Assembly (NCBI GenBank): GCA_017469025.1
Contig: JAFUHD010000292.1
Span: 1,539-65,538 of the forward strand
Direction: 5' to 3'
Length of the DNA: 64,000 nucleotides
DNA from: Clostridia bacterium
GTDB lineage: Bacteria > Bacillota > Clostridia > Christensenellales > Aristaeellaceae
The position numbers were made by a program, and so were the translations under genes. This document shows, piece by piece, positions 27,535 through 36,409 of this stretch; the stretch's first letter is position 1, and the number at the start of each line of letters is the position of its first letter. Below the pieces are notes generated by a model. It saw only the letters and a program-made list of their open reading frames with translations. It ran no database searches and was not told the origin of the DNA.

Positions 27535-28794
27535 ATGACCAAGAAACTTGTTTCCCTGGTTCTGGCCCTTTGCCTGGTACTGGGTGTCTCCGCAGCGATG
27601 GCAGAGAAGCTGTCCATCACCGTTTGGGACGAAAATTTCAATGGCAGCGCAATCAAGGCTGCAGTGGCTGACTATAAGGCAAATGTAGATCCGGAGTTTG
27701 ATGTGGATCTGACCATCGTTTCCGGTTCCTCTGATGTTGAAAATGACATCACCCTGGCTGCATCCTCCGGCGATTACAGCAACCTGCCGGATATCGTTCT
27801 GTTCCAGGATCACTATATTCAGCGCTATGTGCTGGATTATCCGGATGCATGGAAGAACATCGACGACGCCGGCATCAACTGGGATGACTTCGGCGCTGAG
27901 AAGCTGAGCTACAGCACTGTTAACGGCGTACATTATGGTGTACCGGTTGACAACGGCACCGTTATCATGGCCTATCGTGTGGATCTGCTCGAGCAGTGCG
28001 GATACACCATCGCTGATATGACCGGCATCACCTGGGACAAGTTCCTTGAGGTGGGCAAGGAAGTATATGCAAAGACCGGTAAGGCGCTCCTTTCCATGGA
28101 CGGCAGCGGCAACGATCTGCCTTACATGATGCTGCAGGCGGAAGGCGAGTCCCAGTTCAAGGACGGCAAGGCCAACATCGCCGGCAACGAGAAGCTTGCC
28201 CGTATTATCAAGGTTATCTGCGACATGGTTAATGAGCATGTCCTGATTCTGGCCAACGACTGGACCGGATATACCAACGAGACCATTATGCAGGATCAGG
28301 TTGCCGGCGTCATGAACGGCAACTGGATTATCCCGACGATGAGCCAGGTTACCGACAACAGCGGCAAGTGGCAGATTACCACCATGCCGACACTCGATGG
28401 CGGCGAAGGATATGCTGCCAACGGCGGATCTTCCCTGTATATCACCGCAAACTGCAAGAACGAAGAGCTGGCCAAGAAGTTCCTGGCCTATACTTTCGGC
28501 GGTTCCACCGAGACCTATGACAATGCACTGCGTAACGGCGGCGTCATCACCTGCTGCATCAGCGCCGGCAAGTCTGCTGTATATTCCGAGGGTGTTGAGT
28601 TCTTCAATGGCCAGGCAGTTTACAGCGATATCGTCGCAATGGGCGCGAATGTACCGATCATTGAGCAGAATGACTTCCACTACACCGTACGTACTTCCAT
28701 CGGCAATGCGATCCAGAACATTCTGAACGGTGCTGATGTTGAGTCCGCTCTTCAGGAAGCGCAGGAGCAGATTGACTTCGCAATGGATATCTGA
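27535..28794 (+). CDS. Carbohydrate ABC transporter substrate-binding protein (family 1)
   Basis: It has a signal peptide (LVSLVLALCLVLGVSAAMA), an SBP_bac_1-like length and pattern, AGGAGG upstream, and two permease genes downstream. Confidence 0.85.
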   Translation: MTKKLVSLVLALCLVLGVSAAMAEKLSITVWDENFNGSAIKAAVADYKANVDPEFDVDLTIVSGSSDVENDITLAASSGDYSNLPDIVLFQDHYIQRYVLDYPDAWKNIDDAGINWDDFGAEKLSYSTVNGVHYGVPVDNGTVIMAYRVDLLEQCGYTIADMTGITWDKFLEVGKEVYAKTGKALLSMDGSGNDLPYMMLQAEGESQFKDGKANIAGNEKLARIIKVICDMVNEHVLILANDWTGYTNETIMQDQVAGVMNGNWIIPTMSQVTDNSGKWQITTMPTLDGGEGYAANGGSSLYITANCKNEELAKKFLAYTFGGSTETYDNALRNGGVITCCISAGKSAVYSEGVEFFNGQAVYSDIVAMGANVPIIEQNDFHYTVRTSIGNAIQNILNGADVESALQEAQEQIDFAMDI

Positions 28795-28891
28795 TTTCGA
28801 AGTGGTCTGATTGAAAGAAACCCCTGCAGGGAACCGGTCAATCCGGTTCCCTGCTTCTTTAAAAAACAGAAGATGGAGGGTGCAAAGCTCC

Positions 28892-29791
28892 ATGAAAAAG
28901 AAAAAAGGTTTTGGACTCCTGGCAAAGCAGGAGGCGGCAGGCTGGGTATTTCTGGCACCTGCTTCCCTGTTGATTTTCGTCATGAGTTTTTACCCAATGG
29001 TGCAGGCATTTATCAATTCCCTGAAAACCGGTTCTTCTGCAAATATGAAATGGGCTGAACCGCTGACCAAGAATTACCTGCGCATGTTCAAGGACAAGGT
29101 GTTTATGACGTCCATGGGAAACACCTTTATGTACCTGATTATTCAGGTACCGATCATGCTGATTCTGGCCATTCTGCTGGCGCAGCTCCTTAACAACAAG
29201 GATCTGAAGTTCAGGGGTCTTTTCCGTACACTGATTTTCCTGCCCTGTGCTACGGCACTTGTTTCCTATGCATTGATCTTTAAGACGCTGTTCTCAAATG
29301 AAGGCCTGATCAATGCGTTCCTGAAAGGAATCGGCATTATTCAGGAAAATGTCAACTGGCTTGGACAGTCCGGAACAGCAAAGGCGGTTATCATTATTGC
29401 GCTTTTGTGGCGGTGGACAGGCTATAATATGGTATTTTTCCTGGCGGGTCTTCAGAATATTGAGTATTCCGTTTATGAGGCCGCCAATATCGATGGCGCC
29501 AGCGGATGGAAAACATTCTGGAATATTACCGTACCACTGCTGCGTCCGGTCATTGTTATGACAGGTATTATGTCGATCAATGGTACACTGCAGCTGTATG
29601 ATGAGTCGGTTAACCTGACAAACGGCGGACCATCCAATACAACCATTACCATGTCTCACTATATTTACAACAACTCTCTGGGACAGGGTGTAGCTAACTT
29701 TGGTTATGCTTCAGCACTGGCGATGATTGTTTTTGTTCTGGTTGCTGTTCTTGCGTTCATCAATATGAAAGTAGGTGATACGCGTGACTGA
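28892..29791 (+). CDS. Carbohydrate ABC transporter permease (MalF/UgpA-like)
   Basis: The start is set at ATG 28892. It has six TM segments and the EAA-loop region YEAANIDGASGWKTFWNITVPLLRP. Confidence 0.88.
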   Translation: MKKKKGFGLLAKQEAAGWVFLAPASLLIFVMSFYPMVQAFINSLKTGSSANMKWAEPLTKNYLRMFKDKVFMTSMGNTFMYLIIQVPIMLILAILLAQLLNNKDLKFRGLFRTLIFLPCATALVSYALIFKTLFSNEGLINAFLKGIGIIQENVNWLGQSGTAKAVIIIALLWRWTGYNMVFFLAGLQNIEYSVYEAANIDGASGWKTFWNITVPLLRPVIVMTGIMSINGTLQLYDESVNLTNGGPSNTTITMSHYIYNNSLGQGVANFGYASALAMIVFVLVAVLAFINMKVGDTRD

Positions 29792-30623
29792 CGGCAGCAA
29801 AAAGCACGCTGTATCCCATATTCAGCGTAAGCTGATTCCGGCGTACATCTTTCTGATTATTGTATCCTTTATTTCCGTTTTTCCGCTGTACTGGATGTTT
29901 ACAGCGGCAACCAACACCTCTCTTGAGGTAGCTCAGGGTAAAATCTGGTTTGGCACGTATCTGCTTGAAAACTATAAAAATCTGACAGCCCAGCAGGATC
30001 TGTGGCAGGCGATGGGAAATTCCTTTTTCTACGCCATTGTGCAGACAGTAGCGACGCTGCTGGTATGCTCGCTTGCCGGATTTGGTTTTGAGCTGTATCA
30101 TGATAAGGGAAAAGACCGTCTGTTCGGTATCCTGCTGCTGGCCATGATGGTCCCGCAGGTTGCAACACTGATCCCGCTGTTCACGATGGTTTCAAGACTG
30201 AAGCTTCTGAATACCGTATGGGCCTTCATTATACCCGGTATTGCAACCCCCTTTATGATCATGATGTTCCGTCAGAATTCCCGGAACTTCCCCATTGATA
30301 CAATGGAAGCATCCAGAATTGACGGTTTGAGTGAGATAGGCATCTTCTTCAGAATGTATTTCCCGATGATGAAGTCTACGTATGCAGCTGCTGCGGTCAT
30401 TACCTTTATGAACTCCTGGAATGCCTACATGTGGCCCAGGACAGTCATGAAGGGCAATTCCGTGCAGACGATGCCCATGCTGATTGCCAATATGTCCAAT
30501 GGATATGCTGTTGATTACGGCATGCTGATGCTGGGTGTTCTGTTCTGTTCGCTGCCGACGATTATCGTGTTCTTCGTTCTGCAGAAGCAGTTTGCAGAAG
30601 GTATTACCGGTTCTGTGAAGTAA
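29775..30623 (+). CDS. Carbohydrate ABC transporter permease (MalG/UgpE-like)
   Basis: It carries the EAA-loop region MEASRIDGLSEIGIFFRMYFPMM and overlaps the upstream permease gene. Confidence 0.88.
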   Translation: MIRVTDGSKKHAVSHIQRKLIPAYIFLIIVSFISVFPLYWMFTAATNTSLEVAQGKIWFGTYLLENYKNLTAQQDLWQAMGNSFFYAIVQTVATLLVCSLAGFGFELYHDKGKDRLFGILLLAMMVPQVATLIPLFTMVSRLKLLNTVWAFIIPGIATPFMIMMFRQNSRNFPIDTMEASRIDGLSEIGIFFRMYFPMMKSTYAAAAVITFMNSWNAYMWPRTVMKGNSVQTMPMLIANMSNGYAVDYGMLMLGVLFCSLPTIIVFFVLQKQFAEGITGSVK

Positions 30624-30648
30624 ATATGATTTGCCATGAACGGTGTCT

Positions 30649-30668
30649 GAGACGCAGAAATGCGTCTC
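30649..30668 (+). terminator. Intrinsic terminator of the sugar ABC operon
   Basis: GAGACGCA GAAA TGCGTCTC followed by T8. Confidence 0.85.
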
Positions 30669-30781
30669 TTTTTTTGTCCAGGCTGATATGACCGGATGAA
30701 GGTTTCTATGGACAAGGTCCCATAGAATCGGTATAATGGCATTCCCTGACTGAAAACAAAGAATAAAAGTTTTAATAAAAA

Positions 30782-30822
30782 TTGATTACAGTCAAAGTTT
30801 TAACAGAACTTTGTGTTATAAT
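30782..30822 (+). promoter_or_regulatory. FNR/CRP-family box plus extended -10 promoter upstream of the sufC-like gene
   Basis: TTGAT-TACA-GTCAA (30782..30795) and TGtTATAAT (-10 at 30817..30822). The box centre lies about 41 nt upstream of the predicted start. Confidence 0.5.
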
Positions 30823-30851
30823 GAGGCTGTTCCAAGGCAGGGAAGCCAATC

Positions 30852-31601
30852 ATGGATCAGAGAAGGATGAGAAGTATGCTGGAACTCAAACATGTATCAT
30901 ACAATGCAAAAGATGATCTTGATAAAGAGATCATTCGAGATATCAGTCTGACTGTCCCGGACGAGCAGCTGGTGGTGATTACCGGTCCAAACGGCGGCGG
31001 CAAATCCACACTGGCAAAGCTGATTGCAGGTATTGAAAAGCCGACATCCGGTCAGATTCTGCTCAATGGTGAGGATATTACAGACTGGGATATTACAACA
31101 AGAGCCCGTGCCGGTATTGGATTTTCCTTTCAGCAGCCGGTTCGCTTTAAGGGCATTCAGGTTCTGGATCTGATCCGTCTGGCGGCAGGAAAGCAGCTTT
31201 CTGCAGCGGCAGCCTGTAATTATCTGTCAGAGGTAGGACTGTGCGCACGGGAGTATATTGACCGTGAGGTTAACAGCAGCCTGTCCGGCGGTGAATTAAA
31301 GCGTATTGAAATTGCAACGGTTCTGGCGAGAGCAACAAAACTTTCTGTATTTGATGAACCGGAGGCGGGAATTGACCTCTGGAGCTTCCAGAACCTGATT
31401 CAGGTTTTCCAGCGTATGCGGGAAAACATCAAGGGCAGTTCTATCCTGATCATTTCGCATCAGGAAAGAATTATGAATATTGCAGATGAGATTATTGTGA
31501 TCAAAGACGGACGTCTTGAGAAACAAGGTCGGCGGGAAAATATACTGCCTGAGCTGATTGGAACAGCTTCAGCAATGCCGTCCTGTGTACGGGCCGGCTG
31601 A
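30852..31601 (+). CDS. SufC-like ABC ATPase
   Basis: Walker A is GPNGGGKST, the signature is LSGGELKR and Walker B is LSVFDEPEAGID. The gene is paired with a SufB/D-family gene. Confidence 0.8.
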   Translation: MDQRRMRSMLELKHVSYNAKDDLDKEIIRDISLTVPDEQLVVITGPNGGGKSTLAKLIAGIEKPTSGQILLNGEDITDWDITTRARAGIGFSFQQPVRFKGIQVLDLIRLAAGKQLSAAAACNYLSEVGLCAREYIDREVNSSLSGGELKRIEIATVLARATKLSVFDEPEAGIDLWSFQNLIQVFQRMRENIKGSSILIISHQERIMNIADEIIVIKDGRLEKQGRRENILPELIGTASAMPSCVRAG

Positions 31602-31630
31602 GGTTTTCGGAAGTAGGAGGAGAGAGATCC

Positions 31631-32557
31631 ATGTTAAAACTGGATGAGATTCAGATGCGTCTTTTGAAGGAGGTTGCAGATCTTCACGAGATTCCTGAGG
31701 GAGCATACAACATCCGTTCGAATTCCCAGGCAGCGGGACGCAAATCTACAGCAAATATTGAGATTATTCCGAAGACTGAGGTAAGCGGTATCGATATCCG
31801 TATCAAGACGGGAACCAAAAATGAGAGCGTTCATATTCCGGTTGTGATGACGCAGAGCGGTCTCAAGGAAATGGTTTATAATGATTTCTACATCGGAGAG
31901 GATTCCGATGTGGTTATCGTTGCCGGATGCGGCATTGACAACTGCGGTGGTGATGATTCCGAACATGACGGCATTCACAGATTCTTTCTGGAGAAGAATG
32001 CGAAGGTGCGGTATGTTGAAAAGCATTATGGATCCGGAAACGGTAAGGGCAAGCGCATTTTAAATCCTCAGACTGAGGTTTATATGGCAGAAGGAAGCAC
32101 CATGGAGATGGAGATGGTCCAGATCAAGGGTGTGGATGATACTGACCGTAAGACGATTGCAGAGCTTGATGCAAATGCAAAACTGGTGGTTCGTGAGCGT
32201 CTGATGACACATGGCAGCCAGCGCGCGCTCTGCACATACGATATCAGGCTGAATGGTGAAGGATCCAGCGCAGACGTTGTTTCCCGCTCGGTTGCCAAAG
32301 AAGATTCATATCAGCGGTTTGATGCAAAGATTGTCGGCAATACTGCCTGCTATGGACATACAGAATGTGATTCCATCATTATGGACCGCGGCAAGATTCT
32401 GGCTGTACCGGGTCTTGAGGCGAATCATGTGGATGCGGCACTTGTGCACGAGGCGGCAATCGGCAAGATTGCAGGTGATCAGATTATCAAGCTGATGACG
32501 CTGGGTCTTACGGAGCAGGAAGCAGAAGAGCAGATTATCAACGGATTCCTGAAATAA
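31631..32557 (+). CDS. SufB/SufD family Fe-S assembly scaffold-like protein
   Basis: The C-terminal SufBD block is HTECDSIIM ... ANHVDAALVHEAAIGKIAGDQIIKLMTLGLTEQEAEEQIINGFL. Confidence 0.75.
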   Translation: MLKLDEIQMRLLKEVADLHEIPEGAYNIRSNSQAAGRKSTANIEIIPKTEVSGIDIRIKTGTKNESVHIPVVMTQSGLKEMVYNDFYIGEDSDVVIVAGCGIDNCGGDDSEHDGIHRFFLEKNAKVRYVEKHYGSGNGKGKRILNPQTEVYMAEGSTMEMEMVQIKGVDDTDRKTIAELDANAKLVVRERLMTHGSQRALCTYDIRLNGEGSSADVVSRSVAKEDSYQRFDAKIVGNTACYGHTECDSIIMDRGKILAVPGLEANHVDAALVHEAAIGKIAGDQIIKLMTLGLTEQEAEEQIINGFLK

Positions 32558-32592
32558 GAGAAGTTGCCTCATCTAAACCGTTTCATCCAAGT

Positions 32593-32618
32593 CGCCTCAT
32601 CTTGAAACAGATGGGGCG
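32593..32618 (+). terminator. Hairpin (possible partial terminator) between the sufD-like and crp/fnr genes
   Basis: CGCCTCATCT tgaaac AGATGGGGCG (10 bp with one G-U), followed by ATTATTGTCTTTT. Only about 25 nt remain before the regulator start. Confidence 0.45.
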
Positions 32619-32643
32619 ATTATTGTCTTTTGAAAGGTGAACA

Positions 32644-33342
32644 GTGAATATGATGCCAGAAAGATGCAGCGGATGCGGCATGCCGTGCATGGAGAAAATT
32701 GACTTTCTTTCCGGTCTTACCAATTCGGCCAGAGAGATGCTGTTCTCTGATTCACAACTGAAGACATTTGCAGCAGGATCGGTGATTTTCAGGGAATCCG
32801 ATGCTGTCCAGGCACTGTATCTGATTCATTCCGGAACGGTAAAACTGGCCAGATGGGACAGCGACGGGCGGGAACAGATAGTGGGTCTTTTTTCGCAGAA
32901 CGATGTAATCTGGGAGAGCCTCTTCCTCGAAGATGGACGATATTCTTATACCGCGGTCTGTGTGAATGAGGTTACACTGTGCCAGATCAGCAGGGAAGCT
33001 GTACGTACTGCAGTGTCACAGCCAGAGATCGCATACAGGGTTATTGATCTGCTCAGCAGAAAACTGCATGATGCCAATGAACGCAGCCAGTTTCTGGCCT
33101 CTGCAGATCCGGAACGCCGTCTGGCAGGATTTCTGCTTTACCGGACACGGCATGGAAATACAGATACGGTGAGTCTCAGGCTGGAGGAGATTGCAGGAAG
33201 CATCAGTCTTCGTCCGGAAACGGTCAGCCGGAAAATAAAGTCTCTTGAACAGCAGAAACTTGTGATGAAAGTGGGGCAGAGCCGGATCCGGATTCTGAAC
33301 CGCGAAGCATTAAAGAAGATTTACCTCGGGGATACAGTGTAA
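32644..33342 (+). CDS. Crp/Fnr family transcriptional regulator with an N-terminal Cys cluster
   Basis: It has a cNMP-binding-like beta-roll (FRESDAVQALYLIHSGTVKLAR) and a C-terminal HTH (EEIAGSISLRPETVSRKIKSLEQ). The N-terminus carries CSGCGMPC. Confidence 0.85.
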   Translation: MNMMPERCSGCGMPCMEKIDFLSGLTNSAREMLFSDSQLKTFAAGSVIFRESDAVQALYLIHSGTVKLARWDSDGREQIVGLFSQNDVIWESLFLEDGRYSYTAVCVNEVTLCQISREAVRTAVSQPEIAYRVIDLLSRKLHDANERSQFLASADPERRLAGFLLYRTRHGNTDTVSLRLEEIAGSISLRPETVSRKIKSLEQQKLVMKVGQSRIRILNREALKKIYLGDTV

Positions 33343-33428
33343 CGATTGAAAAGAGCATTTGTTTTTCTGGAAAGAACCGTACAAGTACCGGGGTGCTGAG
33401 AACCGGAATGCTTTAGGGAGGAATAAAT

Positions 33429-34598
33429 ATGAACTATGCTGAGGAATCAAAACGGCTGCATGCACAGTGGCAGGGAAAAATAGAGGTTGTCTCCCGTGTG
33501 CCTGTAACCAATCGGGATGAACTTTCACTGGCGTATACACCGGGTGTTGCTGCGCCATGCCTGGAGATTCAGAAGGACTACAATAAATCTTTTGAACTGA
33601 CACGGCGCCACAATCTCGTCGCAGTTGTAACAGACGGTACTGCAGTACTGGGGCTTGGAGATATAGGTCCTGAAGCCGGAATGCCCGTGATGGAAGGCAA
33701 ATGTGCGCTGTTTAAAGCATTTGGAGACGTGGATGCATTCCCGATCTGTGTCCGCTCAAAGGATGTAGATGAGATCGTGAACACCATTTACCTGATTTCA
33801 GGTTCCTTCGGCGGCATCAATCTGGAAGATATTGCTGCGCCGCGCTGTTTTGAAATCGAGCGTCGTCTGAAGGAAAAATGCGATATCCCCGTTTTCCATG
33901 ATGATCAGCATGGAACGGCCATTGTCGTCGGAGCAGCGGTACTGAATGCACTGAGGGTTGTCGGAAAGGATATCGGTGAAGTAAGGGTAGTCATCAATGG
34001 TTCAGGTTCTGCCGGGATTGCAATCGGCCGTCATCTGATGACACTGGGTGTGCGTCATCTTAAGATGGTTGACCGCTGCGGCATACTCTGTGAAGGTGCT
34101 GAAATGAATTCTGCTCAGGCGGAAATGGCAGCACTGACCAATCCGGGAAAACAGAGCGGGACACTGTCAGATGCCATGAAGGGTGCCGATGTATTTATCG
34201 GTGTGAGCGCACCGCATGTAGTGACAAAGACCATGATTCAGTCCATGGCGCGGGATGCAATCGTCTTCCCAATGGCCAATCCGGTTCCGGAAATAGAGCC
34301 GGATGACGCGAAGGAAGCGGGTGCTGCCATTGTTGGAACAGGCAGAAGCGATCATCCAAACCAGATTAACAATGTACTGGCTTTCCCTGGGTTATTCCGC
34401 GGTGCACTGGATGTACGTGCCAGTGATATCAATGAAGCCATGAAACTGGCGGCATCGTATGCACTGGCGGATTTGGCCCGTGAGGATGGTATTCATGCCG
34501 AATACATCCTTCCGCTGGCTTTCGATAAGCGGGTCGGTCCGGCTGTTGCATCGGCTGTGGCCAGAGCTGCAAGGGAAAGCGGGGTTGCACGCATATAA
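33429..34598 (+). CDS. NAD(P)-dependent malic enzyme (short, single-domain form)
   Basis: [25 protein letters not shown] and the [10 protein letters not shown] Rossmann motif. The product is 389 aa. Confidence 0.9.
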   Translation: MNYAEESKRLHAQWQGKIEVVSRVPVTNRDELSLAYTPGVAAPCLEIQKDYNKSFELTRRHNLVAVVTDGTAVLGLGDIGPEAGMPVMEGKCALFKAFGDVDAFPICVRSKDVDEIVNTIYLISGSFGGINLEDIAAPRCFEIERRLKEKCDIPVFHDDQHGTAIVVGAAVLNALRVVGKDIGEVRVVINGSGSAGIAIGRHLMTLGVRHLKMVDRCGILCEGAEMNSAQAEMAALTNPGKQSGTLSDAMKGADVFIGVSAPHVVTKTMIQSMARDAIVFPMANPVPEIEPDDAKEAGAAIVGTGRSDHPNQINNVLAFPGLFRGALDVRASDINEAMKLAASYALADLAREDGIHAEYILPLAFDKRVGPAVASAVARAARESGVARI

Positions 34599-34604
34599 TA
34601 AAAA

Positions 34605-34623
34605 ACAGCAGCACTGCTGCTGT
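34605..34623. terminator. Bidirectional intrinsic terminator (malic enzyme / convergent ABC exporter)
   Basis: ACAGCAGC ACT GCTGCTGT, flanked by A-run and T-run tracts. Confidence 0.8.
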
Positions 34624-34627
34624 TTTT

Positions 34628-36409
34628 TTATTCAAACTGTGCCCGGTACAGATTGTAGTAAAAGCCTTTAGAAGCCATGAGTGAGGCGTGTGTTCCCTGT
34701 TCAACGACATCTCCATGGTTGAGGACAAGAATAAGATCCGCATTCTGAATCGTCGAGAGGCGGTGGGCAATGACAAAACAGGTTTTGTCACGCATGAGAT
34801 CACGCATGGCACTCTGAATCGCACGTTCTGTACTGGTATCTACGTTGCTGGTAGCCTCATCCAGAATGAGCATGCAGGAATTGTCCTGTGAGGAGGCGAG
34901 CATGGCTCTGGCAATTGTGAGCAGCTGTTTCTGCCCCTTGGAGATATTGCCTCCGTCTTCTGCAACAATAGTTTCATAACCGTCAGGCAGACGCATGATG
35001 AATGGATGAATATGGGCAGCTTTTGCGGCGGCGACAACTTCATCCATGGTGGCGTTTTCCCTGCCGTATGCGATATTTTCAAAGATGGTGCCTCGAAAGA
35101 CCCAGGTATCCTGGAGGACCATCTCATAGGCGGAGCGGAGCGAACGGCGTGTCAGATGTCTTATGTTTTTGCCGTCAACCCGGATTTCTCCGCTGTCCAC
35201 ATCGTAAAAACGCATGAGCAGGTTGATGATGGTTGTTTTCCCGGCACCGGTCGGACCGACGATGGCGATGAGTTTTCCGGCCTGTGCATTCAGGGAAAGG
35301 TCATGAATGATGGTTTGTTCCGGTGTATATCCGAAGGCAACATGGTCAAGGGAAACATTGCCGTTGACATCAGTGAGATGCTGTGCATCCGGCAGATCTG
35401 ACAGTTCTTCCTCCTGATCCAGCAGATTGAAGACGCGTTCAGCGGCAGCCAGAGCAGAGAAAAGCTCATTGATGATGTTGGCTACCTCATTGATCGGACC
35501 GGAGAATTTTCTTGAATAGAGGACAAAAGAGGAAATAGATCCAAGGGTGATGGCGTGGTTCATGTAAAGAATGGAACCGAAAAATGCAATCAGACTGAGA
35601 CAGATATTGTTGATAAAGCCCATGGTAGGACCGATGGTGACACCAATTGAATCCGCATCATAATACGCATTTGCAGCACCATTGTTGATGTCATCAAAAC
35701 GTTTGTCAACTGTATCTTCATAAGCATAGGCAAGAATGGTTTTCTGGCCTGAGAGCATTTCCTCCACAAATCCATTCATGGTCCCGTAGGATTTGGAGCG
35801 TTTAACAAAGCGCGGCTGAGTGATTTTCCGCATCTTCGCAGTGTACAGGACAGAAGCGGGAATGGTAATAAGCGCCACTGCCGAAAGCGGCAGGGAAATG
35901 GAGATCATCATAAAAAGCGAGCCGATGACCGTAACAACACTGGTCAGAATGGAAACGATATCCGTAGACATGCAGGTGCTGATGACGTCAATGTCATAGG
36001 ATACCCGGCTGATGATGTCACCGGCCTGATTCTGATCAAAGAAGCCGACCGGCAGCCGCATCAGCTTTTCAAAAACACTTTGACGCATCCGGAAGGCGAC
36101 ACGCTTGCTGATCCGGACCATGGTAATATTGATGATGATGGTCAGCAGGGAAGCGGAAACGTAACAGATGAGCATGCGCAGTGCATAAGCATAAACGCGT
36201 TCAAAGTTGACACGTCCCATGCCGGCAGCCGCTTCATTGATGGCAGCTCCTGCAAGGTTCGGTCCCCAGAGAGAGAGCAGATTGGACAGGATGGAAAGAA
36301 TGGCGACAAAGAGGATCATATAGCGGAAAGGACCCAGAAAACGGAGAAGACGTTTGAATGTTCCCTTTGAGTCCTTTGGCTTGGTCATAATGGAATCACG
36401 TCTGGCCAT
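34628..36409 (-). CDS. ABC exporter, fused permease/ATPase subunit (type I, multidrug/lipid-like)
   Basis: Six-TM N-terminal domain. Walker A is GPTGAGKTT, the signature is ISKGQKQ and Walker B is LILDEATS. The start overlaps the partner gene's stop. Confidence 0.9.
   Translation of the reverse strand: MARRDSIMTKPKDSKGTFKRLLRFLGPFRYMILFVAILSILSNLLSLWGPNLAGAAINEAAAGMGRVNFERVYAYALRMLICYVSASLLTIIINITMVRISKRVAFRMRQSVFEKLMRLPVGFFDQNQAGDIISRVSYDIDVISTCMSTDIVSILTSVVTVIGSLFMMISISLPLSAVALITIPASVLYTAKMRKITQPRFVKRSKSYGTMNGFVEEMLSGQKTILAYAYEDTVDKRFDDINNGAANAYYDADSIGVTIGPTMGFINNICLSLIAFFGSILYMNHAITLGSISSFVLYSRKFSGPINEVANIINELFSALAAAERVFNLLDQEEELSDLPDAQHLTDVNGNVSLDHVAFGYTPEQTIIHDLSLNAQAGKLIAIVGPTGAGKTTIINLLMRFYDVDSGEIRVDGKNIRHLTRRSLRSAYEMVLQDTWVFRGTIFENIAYGRENATMDEVVAAAKAAHIHPFIMRLPDGYETIVAEDGGNISKGQKQLLTIARAMLASSQDNSCMLILDEATSNVDTSTERAIQSAMRDLMRDKTCFVIAHRLSTIQNADLILVLNHGDVVEQGTHASLMASKGFYYNLYRAQFE

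Noticed and set aside
27535-27600. Lipoprotein lipobox in the sugar-binding protein (LVLALC)
   Set aside because: Position -1 relative to Cys is Leu rather than Gly, Ala or Ser. An AMA-E signal peptidase I site follows, so lipidation is not claimed.
27514-28983. 489-aa ORF on the minus strand, the longest unexplained ORF in the track
   Set aside because: It lies entirely antisense to the substrate-binding protein gene (27535..28794), which has a signal peptide, an SD and a clear family pattern. The antisense product is low-complexity (rich in A, G, V, L, I, N and D), has no SD and carries no motif. It is a typical shadow ORF.
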